Below, piece by piece: positions 1 to 12,047 of a stretch of DNA of 64,000 nt. The notes beneath the pieces were generated by a model. That model was not told where the DNA came from. It did not search any database and worked only from the letters and a program-made list of their open reading frames with translations. Each line of letters begins with the position of its first letter. Positions within the stretch are counted from its first letter, which is position 1. Source of the DNA: Lingula anatina (lineage: Eukaryota; Animalia; Brachiopoda); assembly GCA_051362555.1 (NCBI GenBank), contig CM120640.1, forward strand, positions 64,954,788 to 65,018,787, in the 5' to 3' direction. A program made the translations under genes and the position numbers.

Positions 1-1602
1 GTCCGACGATACAGGATTTTGTATCGGACCGAGACGAAATTTGCCAGGCATGTCCGACGGTCCGACGCCTTTCGTAAAGTCTGAGGTATTAGTAGCAAAC
101 TTTATCAGATAACAATCTGACACTAGCCAAGCTGCACTATAAAAGCGCTGTAAACTCAGTTATCAATGCTGTCATCTTTACCTGTATCTTTACCGGTATT
201 ATGCCAGTGGTACGTTTGATACATTTGAGTAAGGCAACATGCTTTAATGCTTATGTTCATTTGTAATACTGAATGGGCATAGAAAGAACAAAGTGAGTCT
301 TCCTCCCATTAAAAAATGAAAAATGAAAATAAATAAATAAAAAACAGATACTGTCATTCTTAATACTGAAAAACAATGGCACCTTGCAGCCTTCACTGCC
401 TCAGTATTTGCAGACAATGTTCTAGTCACTGTAACTGTGTACTTTTGATGAGGCATAGATGCAAGAATAACTTCTTTGAAGTACATGTATATTGTGAAGG
501 TCTCTTTTGTCATAAATCTGCCATGTATAACCCGAATGTACAACGATTCACACCGCAGCAGCTTGTCTTAGTAAGGACTCAACCAGTTTGAAAACTTGTG
601 GCATAGCTTCAGGGACAAGATCACACCATCTATCCTTGCTGTGATGATGGATCTACTAGTACATTATCTATGTCTTGTCGTCCTAGTTTCTCTAATACCA
701 TTTCCCCTGATCTATGCTCACATCAATCTCTATAGCTTTACCAACTGCTACACAGTTTTTACATCTGAAAGTATAAAGCAAAAATTGTAATAAAGCACTA
801 TCAATTTACTTGTTAGATATTGATTTGAGGGCAAGAGAAAAATGCAGAAACCTCATATCATAATCAAGATAATTGAAAGTCAAATATGCATAATCAAATT
901 AATAGCTTTAATTGTACATACTACTGATAATTTAATCTTTTAAACAGCATAAATTTCTCTTGTTAAAGCATAGCCACTTTATCAAAATGTGCTTGAAAAA
1001 ATAATAATGATAATAATGATAATAATAATAAACAACCTGCACACAAGATGGAACATGGAGGTCAATTGCCACAAAATAAGTTGATTTGTACTGTACTTGG
1101 TAGCCTGAGAAATAGTATCAGGTATTAATTTGAGCAGTAAATTGAGTAATAATACCACAGAGTTAACAATGACACAAGCATATGGTGTTGTGTAACAAAA
1201 TTCATGCATTACTTGCTGTGGCAGTGTCCTCCTCAACCTATCGTGCACCGCAGGTTTTGATTTTCAATGTCATCAAAATTTTTTATTGTTGTTAGTTTAA
1301 TTTATGTATCTGCTATTCAAATAATATCCTTAGGAAAATAACTTTCTGATTTAATTATGCTTTTGCAACATGAAATTATCATTAACTTTGCCGGTTCACG
1401 TGTATACAGTACCTTGCAATCAGTGCTGCTCTATTCTCCCCAACTCGCCACTGACAGGCTAACCACATCGTTTCAAAACAACGTTGGTATGCTCCTTTAC
1501 TTTTGGTGTTGGCAGTTTCGCCCTGGGGACATCGTTTTTGGTTAAAAACAACGTATCGTTTTCACCCATCTATGCATTGCTCGTGTACAAAATGGCCGCT
1601 TG

Positions 1603-1640
<38 letters not shown>

Positions 1641-1874
1641 GGGAAAAATCGTAGCACGTGGGTAGTTACGCAAGACCTGTGACGTATAACGCGCGCAAGG
1701 TTATTAGACAGAACGGAAGATGGAACAACAGCTTTTATTTTTTAGCTTTTGTGTGTTTTTATTATCGGTCATTACTATTATTTCTGACCCCACTCTCCTA
1801 ATATCGCAAGATCCGTGTACAAAAACGCTATCCATACTTTTTATGTACAGACACAGATGTTACTGTACATATAA

Positions 1875-2274
1875 CTGTCACCTGCGTCTGTCGTCGCCGT
1901 AGCAGTCGTCGCCGTGCACTTTCAGTAATAACACGATTGGAAACCATTGTCTTCAAACTTACAGAACCGATAATGTTCATCATTTCAGGCCAAGTTCCAA
2001 AATCAGCTTGATCGGACCAGTTTTTTCAAAAGTAATGCTGTTTTTTGTATTTATTTGCATGAATGCAATACAGCAAAAACATTTCAAAGAAGACGGACCT
2101 ATTGTCATCAAACTTACAGAAGTGATTACTAAACTTAAATACAAGTTAATTTGAAAACCAGCCTGATCGGAGTATTTTGTCTTGAAGTTATGCATTTTTT
2201 TGTGGAATGTTCATTTTTCATATCATTTTTAGGGAGTGACCTTGTACTTTAAGGGCCCGAAGGCCTTTGCTTGT
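1875..2274. mobile_element. Non-autonomous Helentron/HINE-like element (copy in unit 1)
   Basis: GTC-rich head (CGTCTGTCGTCGCCGT), two internal units with a 155-bp period (ATTGTC.TCAAACTTACAGAA at 1946 and 2101; CAGC.TGATCGGA at 2004 and 2159) and a terminal stem-loop AAGGGCC-CGAA-GGCCTTT at 2251-2268. Family assignment is by architecture only. Confidence 0.5.
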
Positions 2275-3800
2275 CATATTTTCTGAATATCCAAATTGCT
2301 AATATATATTATATTATTAAAATTGTTGGTGATTTGTTGTTAGGCAATATGTAATATTGCATCATAATTGAAGAAAATCCTATGTTGGACAATACTGCGA
2401 TAACTACCGTTTAAGGTAAACATGTTACTTTTGATTGTCAAAGGTTCATGGCACTGTAATGCAGCTTATCCTTCTTGTTCTTGTAGAAAGGTTTTTTTTC
2501 TAATTTTCTTTCTTTACATGTTGGCATTTTCAATGTTGGACTAGGGTTTTATGCCATGTCGTGCTTACATTTTCTGCGTGCCCATGACAAGTATAGTAGA
2601 TAATTAAAAATTGATGGTGGTTATGCTGTTAATCATTTAATAAAATTGCATCAGAATTGTCAAGACAGCTATTTAGTGCACTGCCATCCCAAACGCTATG
2701 AAGGGAAAACGGTGCTCCTCATCATTTTAAAAGCTATAAGAATCATTCTTAAGATTGATAAGCAGCTGGAATGGAAATCCAGCTTGATGCGAAATTTTCA
2801 TTTTTTCTCATTTAGGCATTTCCATGCTTACATTTGAACCCTCATGTGCCTAAAGCCATATATGCCCTTTACATATTCGTAACATTCGTGTTACCTGCTC
2901 TGCATCATTAAAACTTGGTGTTGATTTTGCTGCTACACATCATGTAATATTGCATCAATACTGAAAAAATGACATATTTTGTCCATCGTTACTTTCTGCT
3001 TTTTGTCTGTACATTTGACAGCTTTGCTGCCTTGTTTAAAATTAAACTTATTTCATGCTGATTCTCAAACTTTTATTCTCGTATGACGTCACCCGCTGCC
3101 TCAGCCGATCAGAGGGAACATGTCCCAGACGCAAAAAATAATCCGCGTCAATAGTCCAGCCAAAATTTTGCCTTTTTGATATGTAATGCAGCTGACATGG
3201 TAGATGTACTACCGCTGCTGTCGTGATAATGCCAGTGAAAAGCTAGGTTAATCCGCCAGGGTGCAGCCGATAGCAACCTGCATCATTGAGGTACATCCGC
3301 TCGTGTAGGTAAATGATCCGCGTAAAGATAACGTCCCCATTTTCCTATTAATGTGTGTATTTCTACAACTGCACAATAAATCTATTGAATTCATATACAT
3401 TTTTGAACATTCAAATAATACGTCCAGTAGTCTCGGATAACGTAGACAAGTCCCAGTGTTGTGAAAATAACAAATTAGACATTCAATTTATGCAAAAACT
3501 GTATCGAACGTAACACAACACTTTATGAACACAGAATTAATTATCTAAACTTGGTTTTATTCGAGTATTTAACTCATGTACCGATATTTTTTCGTTTAGC
3601 TAGGCATCATGTCAGTAGCATGTATTAAACTCTCCAATATTCAAATTAAAGCACGATGCTGTTGTCGTTCTAAGTGTAATAATAGTCTCTGTGATCGAAA
3701 AGAAACCGGTAAAGAAAACTGCAGGCTGACTGTATAGTGTTGCTGGTCGTTGACAGCCATATATAGGTCGCCAGTCAGCAGAAGAAACCTTCCGGCGTGT

Positions 3801-4839
3801 TTAAAGCAACGAGTTGTACCTCTGTAGACAGATATCGCCTGGTTTATGAGATAACAAATCCACAGGTCCCTCGTAGCAACTGCCCTCGTCTGTCCACTGG
3901 CCGCACCGCAGTGCCCTTGGCCAGCGAAAGTCAAACCTTCTCATCAGAGGAGCACAGCCTGTGAAACAAACCAACAATCCTATAATGAAACTTAATACAA
4001 TACTTAAACAGAATAACAAATATTCCAAATAGATCGCGACAATTGATCCTTAGACAGGTACCGGTACATGTAAAATATTTATTAAGCATAACTTTAATAA
4101 TTTACACTATATAAATGTCGCAAACTCAACACTTGTTCATTTTTCTTGTCTCTTATTACACCCTCAGTATCCATTTTTTCACTGAAATAGGCTTTTTGTT
4201 CATTACTGTTGCTTTCATTTTCATATTTTCCATCACTCCTACCCTTATATGCTGCTTCACACAGACGCCTGCAGGGTGACAGTGTCCCTTGGTTTGGTAA
4301 ACACATAGGAAAGTACAGAGAGCACAGGTAGGGCCGCAATGCTGCGGAGCATTCTACCTTTACCAGCGGCCAAAACTGGTGTAATTCCAAAGCCGCGTCT
4401 GCCACGGACGCATGGTTTAACAAATTGGGTAGAGACGTCAGATTATATCTGAAATTTAACAAATTTTTCTTTTGATTGTACTACAGTCAATGACAAGATC
4501 CGTCTGTCTGTTTATGAATTGCTTGTAAAAAGAGTCAGATGAAGGGTTAGATAGATTTAATAAAGGAAGCCACCGTCCCATAAAAGATAACACATAAAAC
4601 GTACATGTGTGAAATATAGTAATCTTTTTCTCAGTTTCTCATCCTCGTCATCTGTTGCGTTTGAGACAGAGAGAAACTGGCCTTCAAGGTGTATATGTGA
4701 CTTAACTGACTTACCCTAACTTGGGGTGCATGCACATATAGCTATCCATCGGCATTGGTTCACATGTTAATTCTGCATCCAAGATCTTCGTCAGTATCAG
4801 CAAGACGCTGAAGAGTAGAACGGTTATAATGCTGCTCAT
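3801..4839 (-). CDS. Secreted Frizzled cysteine-rich-domain-only protein, 162 aa, copy 1 (FDF variant)
   Basis: Exons 4839-4715, 4448-4243, 3958-3801; GT-AG introns with compatible phases (125+206+158=489 nt). Signal peptide MSSIITVLLFSVLLILTKILDA, then TCEPMPMDSYMC...YNLTSLPNLLNH...LELHQFWPLVKVECS...YLCSLYFPMC...PCRRLC...GCAPLMRRFDFRWP...LRC...GSC (all 10 CRD cysteines). TATA box upstream; AATAAA at 3561-3556. Confidence 0.88.
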
Positions 4840-4894
4840 GATTATGTGCACATTTATCAGGCTACACTGTTGATGGGATTCAGCATGAACCCTC

Positions 4895-4902
4895 TTTATA
4901 TA
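4895..4902 (-). promoter_or_regulatory. TATA box of the CRD-only gene (copy 2 at 11001-11008)
   Basis: TATATAAA(G) on the minus strand about 55 nt upstream of the ATG at 4839. Confidence 0.6.
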
Positions 4903-5286
4903 GGTTTGTAATTATTGGAGATAAAAATACACACTTCCGAGATGGGCTGTTGTTCGTTTGTGGGAAATTGAACTGGAAATTAAACTTATGAATTGGAAGA
5001 TTAAAAATGAAAAACGGATATTTAAAATCATGCTTGTTAGTCTCTTTCTTCACTCAACGTCAACAACCACAATATTAATTCTATTTTGTTTTTTGTTCAT
5101 AAAATAAATTTTTTGAGTCTTTTAATGAAATCTAAAGATGCTAAAATAGTTGACCTTTCAGGAGTAGCACCTGTTAGCAGTATTTGTCTTCCATTGCACA
5201 ATTTGTTACAGTCATTACAAATTGCATTAGAGGTGAACACAAAACACATTGCTGTGACGCCATTACGATTGCCACAATGTCGCCAG

Positions 5287-5294
5287 AAAAAAAA

Positions 5295-5375
<81 letters not shown>
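5287..5375. repeat. Poly-A plus (TA)n microsatellite (copy 2 at 11393-11489)
   Basis: Direct reading; length differs between the units. Confidence 0.95.
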
Positions 5376-5377
<2 letters not shown>

Positions 5378-5633
5378 TGTTACTCTCAATACAAATTAAA
5401 TTTTCATGTGGAAATAAGAAAAATGTAAAACCTCAGAATATTGGTATGATTTGTCAGAAAATAAAAAAAAATTACTTTTTCTTTTATATTTATTAAAATA
5501 AAAAGTTATATCCGTTATTTTCCAAAGACAGCCCATGTTTCGTCGATATTTTTCAGTGTTTAAGGAATAATACACTAGAGTATCAATTAGAGCAAAACCA
5601 ATAATTTATTACTTTTTTCTCGGGTATCATTTC

Positions 5634-5712
5634 TTTATTTTATTTATTTATTTATTTATTTATTTATTTTATTTTATTTTATTTTATTATTTATTTATTT
5701 TATTTTTTTTTT
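5634..5712. repeat. (TTTA)n/(TTTTA)n microsatellite (copy 2 at about 11748-11834)
   Basis: Direct reading. Confidence 0.9.
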
Positions 5713-5925
5713 GCAATATTAATCAAAAGCAAAGTCCTACATGTAGAATCCTGAAAGTGCTTGACATTTATATACAATTTCTGATTATAGAACAGTTTGT
5801 CTGTCAACGCTGATAAGCATGCAGTAAGTAAACATAGCGGGCCAGATATCAAGTCTTGCGCAACAGGCGAGACCCACTTTGGTGCCCCAGTGTGAGGACG
5901 CAGGTCTGCTATCTGGAAAAGAAAA

Positions 5926-5973
5926 ATGTCGTTGCCACAGCCTATCGAGAAGCCTGAGGTGAAATTCACCCAG
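5926..5973 (+). CDS. Duplicated ALDH-A coding exon 1 ([16 protein letters not shown]), orphan or alternative first exon
   Basis: Identical to 12048-12095, with an intact ATG and CAG|GTGAG donor; no ALDH exon 2 occurs before 13920. Confidence 0.85.
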
Positions 5974-7980
5974 GTGAGTGGTTAAAATACCTTGAAGACA
6001 GTTGTAATTAGGAAGATCTAAAATATAATGTTTTATCTTTATTTTTAGTCCTGTGCAGTCTATGACAAATGTTTCATTTCGGTAGGTGCATGATGCAGGT
6101 TTGATTTGACTTCACGGCAGGAGGAATGTGATCATTAAACTAATCGCACACTTCTCATATCACATGGTTACATACGTTTATTACATGTACCTCTAACATG
6201 AGTCAGCACAATGAAAATGTCCTTAAAGATGAAATGATGATAGTTGAACCTGGCCACCCCGCCACTCAGCCCGGGTGGTGTTGTACAATGTATGAGCAAT
6301 TTCAGAATTTCAGATCGGTATTATGCCAGTGGTACGTTTGATACATTTGAGTAAGGCAACATGCTTTAATGCTTATGTTCATTTGTAATACTGAATGGGC
6401 ATAGAAAGAACAAAGTGAGTCTTCCTCCCATTAAAAAATGAAAAATGAAAATAAATAAATAAAAAACAGATACTGTCATTCTTAATACTGAAAAACAATG
6501 GCACCTTGCAGCCTTCACTGCCTCAGTATTTGCAGACAATGTTCTAGTCACTGTAACTGTGTACTTTTGATGAGGCATAGATGCAAGAATAACTTCTTTG
6601 AAGTACATGTATATTGTGAAGGTCTCTTTTGTCATAAATCTGCCATGTATAACCCGAATGTACAACGATTCACACCGCAGCAGCTTGTCTTAGTAAGGAC
6701 TCAACCAGTTTGAAAACTTGTGGCATAGCTTCAGGGACAAGATCACACCATCTATCCTTGCTGTGATGATGGATCTACTAGTACATTATCTATGTCTTGT
6801 CGTCCTAGTTTCTCTAATACCATTTCCCCTGATCTATGCTCACATCAATCTCTATAGCTTTACCAACTGCTACACAGTTTTTACATCTGAAAGTATAAAG
6901 CAAAAATTGTAATAAAGCACTATCAATTTACTTGTTAGATATTGATTTGAGGGCAAGAGAAAAATGCAGAAACCTCATATCATAATCAAGATAATTGAAA
7001 GTCAAATATGCATAATCAAATTAATAGCTTTAATTGTACATACTACTGATAATTTAATCTTTTAAACAGCATAAATTTCTCTTGTTAAAGCATAGCCACT
7101 TTATCAAAATGTGCTTGAAAAAATAATAATGATAATAATGATAATAATAATAAACAACCTGCACACAAGATGGAACATGGAGGTCAATTGCCACAAAATA
7201 AGTTGATTTGTACTGTACTTGGTAGCCTGAGAAATAGTATCAGGTATTAATTTGAGCAGTAAATTGAGTAATAATACCACAGAGTTAACAATGACACAAG
7301 CATATGGTGTTGTGTAACAAAATTCATGCATTACTTGCTGTGGCAGTGTCCTCCTCAACCTATCGTGCACCGCAGGTTTTGATTTTCAATGTCATCAAAA
7401 TTTTTTATTGTTGTTAGTTTAATTTATGTATCTGCTATTCAAATAATATCCTTAGGAAAATAACTTTCTGATTTAATTATGCTTTTGCAACATGAAATTA
7501 TCATTAACTTTGCCGGTTCACGTGTATACAGTACCTTGCAATCAGTGCTGCTCTATTCTCCCCAACTCGCCACTGACAGGCTAACCACATCGTTTCAAAA
7601 CAACGTTGGTATGCTCCTTTACTTTTGGTGTTGGCAGTTTCGCCCTGGGGACATCGTTTTTGGTTAAAAACAACGTATCGTTTTCACCCATCTATGCATT
7701 GCTCGTGTACAAAATGGCCGCTTGCTGCCCCCCCCCCCCCCCCCAAGGGAAAAATCGTAGCACGTGGGTAGTTACGCAAGACCTGTGACGTATAACGCGC
7801 GCAAGGTTATTAGACAGAACGGAAGATGGAACAACAGCTTTTATTTTTTAGCTTTTGTGTGTTTTTATTATCGGTCATTACTATTATTTCTGACCCCACT
7901 CTCCTAATATCGCAAGATCCGTGTACAAAAACGCTATCCATACTTTTTATGTACAGACACAGATGTTACTGTACATATAA

Positions 7981-8380
7981 CTGTCACCTGCGTCTGTCGT
8001 CGCCGTAGCAGTCGTCGCCGTGCACTTTCAGTAATAACACGATTGGAAACCATTGTCTTCAAACTTACAGAACCGATAATGTTCATCATTTCAGGCCAAG
8101 TTCCAAAATCAGCTTGATCGGACCAGTTTTTTCAAAAGTAATGCTGTTTTTTGTATTTATTTGCATGAATGCAATACAGCAAAAACATTTCAAAGAAGAC
8201 GGACCTATTGTCATCAAACTTACAGAAGTGATTACTAAACTTAAATACAAGTTAATTTGAAAACCAGCCTGATCGGAGTATTTTGTCTTGAAGTTATGCA
8301 TTTTTTTGTGGAATGTTCATTTTTCATATCATTTTTAGGGAGTGACCTTGTACTTTAAGGGCCCGAAGGCCTTTGCTTGT
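7981..8380. mobile_element. Non-autonomous Helentron/HINE-like element (copy in unit 2)
   Basis: Duplicate of 1875-2274. Confidence 0.5.
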
Positions 8381-9906
8381 CATATTTTCTGAATATCCAA
8401 ATTGCTAATATATATTATATTATTAAAATTGTTGGTGATTTGTTGTTAGGCAATATGTAATATTGCATCATAATTGAAGAAAATCCTATGTTGGACAATA
8501 CTGCGATAACTACCGTTTAAGGTAAACATGTTACTTTTGATTGTCAAAGGTTCATGGCACTGTAATGCAGCTTATCCTTCTTGTTCTTGTAGAAAGGTTT
8601 TTTTTCTAATTTTCTTTCTTTACATGTTGGCATTTTCAATGTTGGACTAGGGTTTTATGCCATGTCGTGCTTACATTTTCTGCGTGCCCATGACAAGTAT
8701 AGTAGATAATTAAAAATTGATGGTGGTTATGCTGTTAATCATTTAATAAAATTGCATCAGAATTGTCAAGACAGCTATTTAGTGCACTGCCATCCCAAAC
8801 GCTATGAAGGGAAAACGGTGCTCCTCATCATTTTAAAAGCTATAAGAATCATTCTTAAGATTGATAAGCAGCTGGAATGGAAATCCAGCTTGATGCGAAA
8901 TTTTCATTTTTTCTCATTTAGGCATTTCCATGCTTACATTTGAACCCTCATGTGCCTAAAGCCATATATGCCCTTTACATATTCGTAACATTCGTGTTAC
9001 CTGCTCTGCATCATTAAAACTTGGTGTTGATTTTGCTGCTACACATCATGTAATATTGCATCAATACTGAAAAAATGACATATTTTGTCCATCGTTACTT
9101 TCTGCTTTTTGTCTGTACATTTGACAGCTTTGCTGCCTTGTTTAAAATTAAACTTATTTCATGCTGATTCTCAAACTTTTATTCTCGTATGACGTCACCC
9201 GCTGCCTCAGCCGATCAGAGGGAACATGTCCCAGACGCAAAAAATAATCCGCGTCAATAGTCCAGCCAAAATTTTGCCTTTTTGATATGTAATGCAGCTG
9301 ACATGGTAGATGTACTACCGCTGCTGTCGTGATAATGCCAGTGAAAAGCTAGGTTAATCCGCCAGGGTGCAGCCGATAGCAACCTGCATCATTGAGGTAC
9401 ATCCGCTCGTGTAGGTAAATGATCCGCGTAAAGATAACGTCCCCATTTTCCTATTAATGTGTGTATTTCTACAACTGCACAATAAATCTATTGAATTCAT
9501 ATACATTTTTGAACATTCAAATAATACGTCCAGTAGTCTCGGATAACGTAGACAAGTCCCAGTGTTGTGAAAATAACAAATTAGACATTCAATTTATGCA
9601 AAAACTGTATCGAACGTAACACAACACTTTATGAACACAGAATTAATTATCTAAACTTGGTTTTATTCGAGTATTTAACTCATGTACCGATATTTTTTCG
9701 TTTAGCTAGGCATCATGTCAGTAGCATGTATTAAACTCTCCAATATTCAAATTAAAGCACGATGCTGTTGTCGTTCTAAGTGTAATAATAGTCTCTGTGA
9801 TCGAAAAGAAACCGGTAAAGAAAACTGCAGGCTGACTGTATAGTGTTGCTGGTCGTTGACAGCCATATATAGGTCGCCAGTCAGCAGAAGAAACCTTCCG
9901 GCGTGT

Positions 9907-10945
9907 TTAAAGCAACGAGTTGTACCTCTGTAGACAGATATCGCCTGGTTTATGAGATAACAAATCCACAGGTCCCTCGTAGCAACTGCCCTCGTCTGTC
10001 CACTGGCCGCACCGCAGTGCCCTTGGCCAGCGAAAGCCAAACCTTCTCATCAGAGGAGCACAGCCTGTGAAACAAACCAACAATCCTATAATGAAACTTA
10101 ATACAATACTTAAACAGAATAACAAATATTCCAAATAGATCGCGACAATTGATCCTTAGACAGGTACCGGTACATGTAAAATATTTATTAAGCATAACTT
10201 TAATAATTTACACTATATAAATGTCGCAAACTCAACACTTGTTCATTTTTCTTGTCTCTTATTACACCCTCAGTATCCATTTTTTCACTGAAATAGGCTT
10301 TTTGTTCATTACTGTTGCTTTCATTTTCATATTTTCCATCACTCCTACCCTTATATGCTGCTTCACACAGACGCCTGCAGGGTGACAGTGTCCCTTGGTT
10401 TGGTAAACACATAGGAAAGTACAGAGAGCACAGGTAGGGCCGCAATGCTGCGGAGCATTCTACCTTTACCAGCGGCCAAAACTGGTGTAATTCCAAAGCC
10501 GCGTCTGCCACGGACGCATGGTTTAACAAATTGGGTAGAGACGTCAGATTATATCTGAAATTTAACAAATTTTTCTTTTGATTGTACTACAGTCAATGAC
10601 AAGATCCGTCTGTCTGTTTATGAATTGCTTGTAAAAAGAGTCAGATGAAGGGTTAGATAGATTTAATAAAGGAAGCCACCGTCCCATAAAAGATAACACA
10701 TAAAACGTACATGTGTGAAATATAGTAATCTTTTTCTCAGTTTCTCATCCTCGTCATCTGTTGCGTTTGAGACAGAGAGAAACTGGCCTTCAAGGTGTAT
10801 ATGTGACTTAACTGACTTACCCTAACTTGGGGTGCATGCACATATAGCTATCCATCGGCATTGGTTCACATGTTAATTCTGCATCCAAGATCTTCGTCAG
10901 TATCAGCAAGACGCTGAAGAGTAGAACGGTTATAATGCTGCTCAT
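9907..10945 (-). CDS. Secreted Frizzled CRD-only protein, 162 aa, copy 2 (consensus FGF variant)
   Basis: Exons 10945-10821, 10554-10349, 10064-9907. Same as copy 1 except ...RRFGFRWP. Confidence 0.88.
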
Positions 10946-11392
10946 GATTATGTGCACATTTATCAGGCTACACTGTTGATGGGATTCAGCATGAACCCTC
11001 TTTATATAGGTTTGTAATTATTGGAGATAAAAATACACACTTCCGAGATGGGCTGTTGTTCGTTTGTGGGAAATTGAACTGGAAATTAAACTTATGAATT
11101 GGAAGATTAAAAATGAAAAACGGATATTTAAAATCATGCTTGTTAGTCTCTTTCTTCACTCAACGTCAACAACCACAATATTAATTCTATTTTGTTTTTT
11201 GTTCATAAAATAAATTTTTTGAGTCTTTTAATGAAATCTAAAGATGCTAAAATAGTTGACCTTTCAGGAGTAGCACCTGTTAGCAGTATTTGTCTTCCAT
11301 TGCACAATTTGTTACAGTCATTACAAATTGCATTAGAGGTGAACACAAAACACATTGCTGTGACGCCATTACGATTGCCACAATGTCGCCAG

Positions 11393-11491
<99 letters not shown>

Positions 11492-12047
11492 TGTTACTCT
11501 CAATACAAATTAAATTTTCATGTGGAAATAAGAAAAATGTAAAACCTCAGAATATTGGTATGATTTGTCAGAAAATAAAAAAAAATTACTTTTTCTTTTA
11601 TATTTATTAAAATAAAAAGTTATATCCGTTATTTTCCAAAGACAGCCCATGTTTCGTCGATATTTTTCAGTGTTTAAGGAATAATACACTAGAGTATCAA
11701 TTAGAGCAAAACCAATAATTTATTACTTTTTTCTCGGGTATCATTTCTTTATTTTATTCATTTATTTATTTATTTATTTATTTATTTATTTTATTTTATT
11801 TTATTTTATTATTTATTTATTTTATTTTTTTTTTGCAATATTAATCAAAAGCAAAGTCCTACATGTAGAATCCTGAAAGTGCTTGACATTTATATACAAT
11901 TTCTGATTATAGAACAGTTTGTCTGTCAACGCTGATAAGCATGCAGTAAGTAAACATAGCGGGCCAGATATCAAGTCTTGCGCAACAGGCGAGACCCACT
12001 TTGGTGCCCCAGTGTGAGGACGCAGGTCTGCTATCTGGAAAAGAAAA

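Larger units (their letters stand above)
194..6310. repeat. Tandem segmental duplication, unit 1 (6.12 kb)
   Basis: 194-6310 recurs at 6316-12432 (offset 6122; ORF-track entries repeat). Differences noticed: poly-C, poly-A/(TA)n and (TTTA)n lengths, and T3931 vs C10037. A 5-nt non-repeated spacer CAGAT lies at 6311-6315. Confidence 0.97.

Noticed and set aside
1-83. GTCCGACG-repeated segment at the window edge
   Set aside because: Probably the end of a MITE, but truncated by the window so the TIR and TSD cannot be verified.
4094-4462. Single 122-aa ORF as a stand-alone or pseudogenised Frizzled fragment
   Set aside because: Better explained as exon 2 of a spliced 3-exon gene; its termini are intron read-through.
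5086-5496. ORFs with poly-K and (IY)n tracts (also 11192-11610)
   Set aside because: Translations of poly-A/(TA)n microsatellites.
5700-5969. Similar minus-strand ORFs [10 protein letters not shown] / [10 protein letters not shown] (also 11822-12091 and 20059-20250)
   Set aside because: Antisense shadows of the homologous ALDH exon 1.
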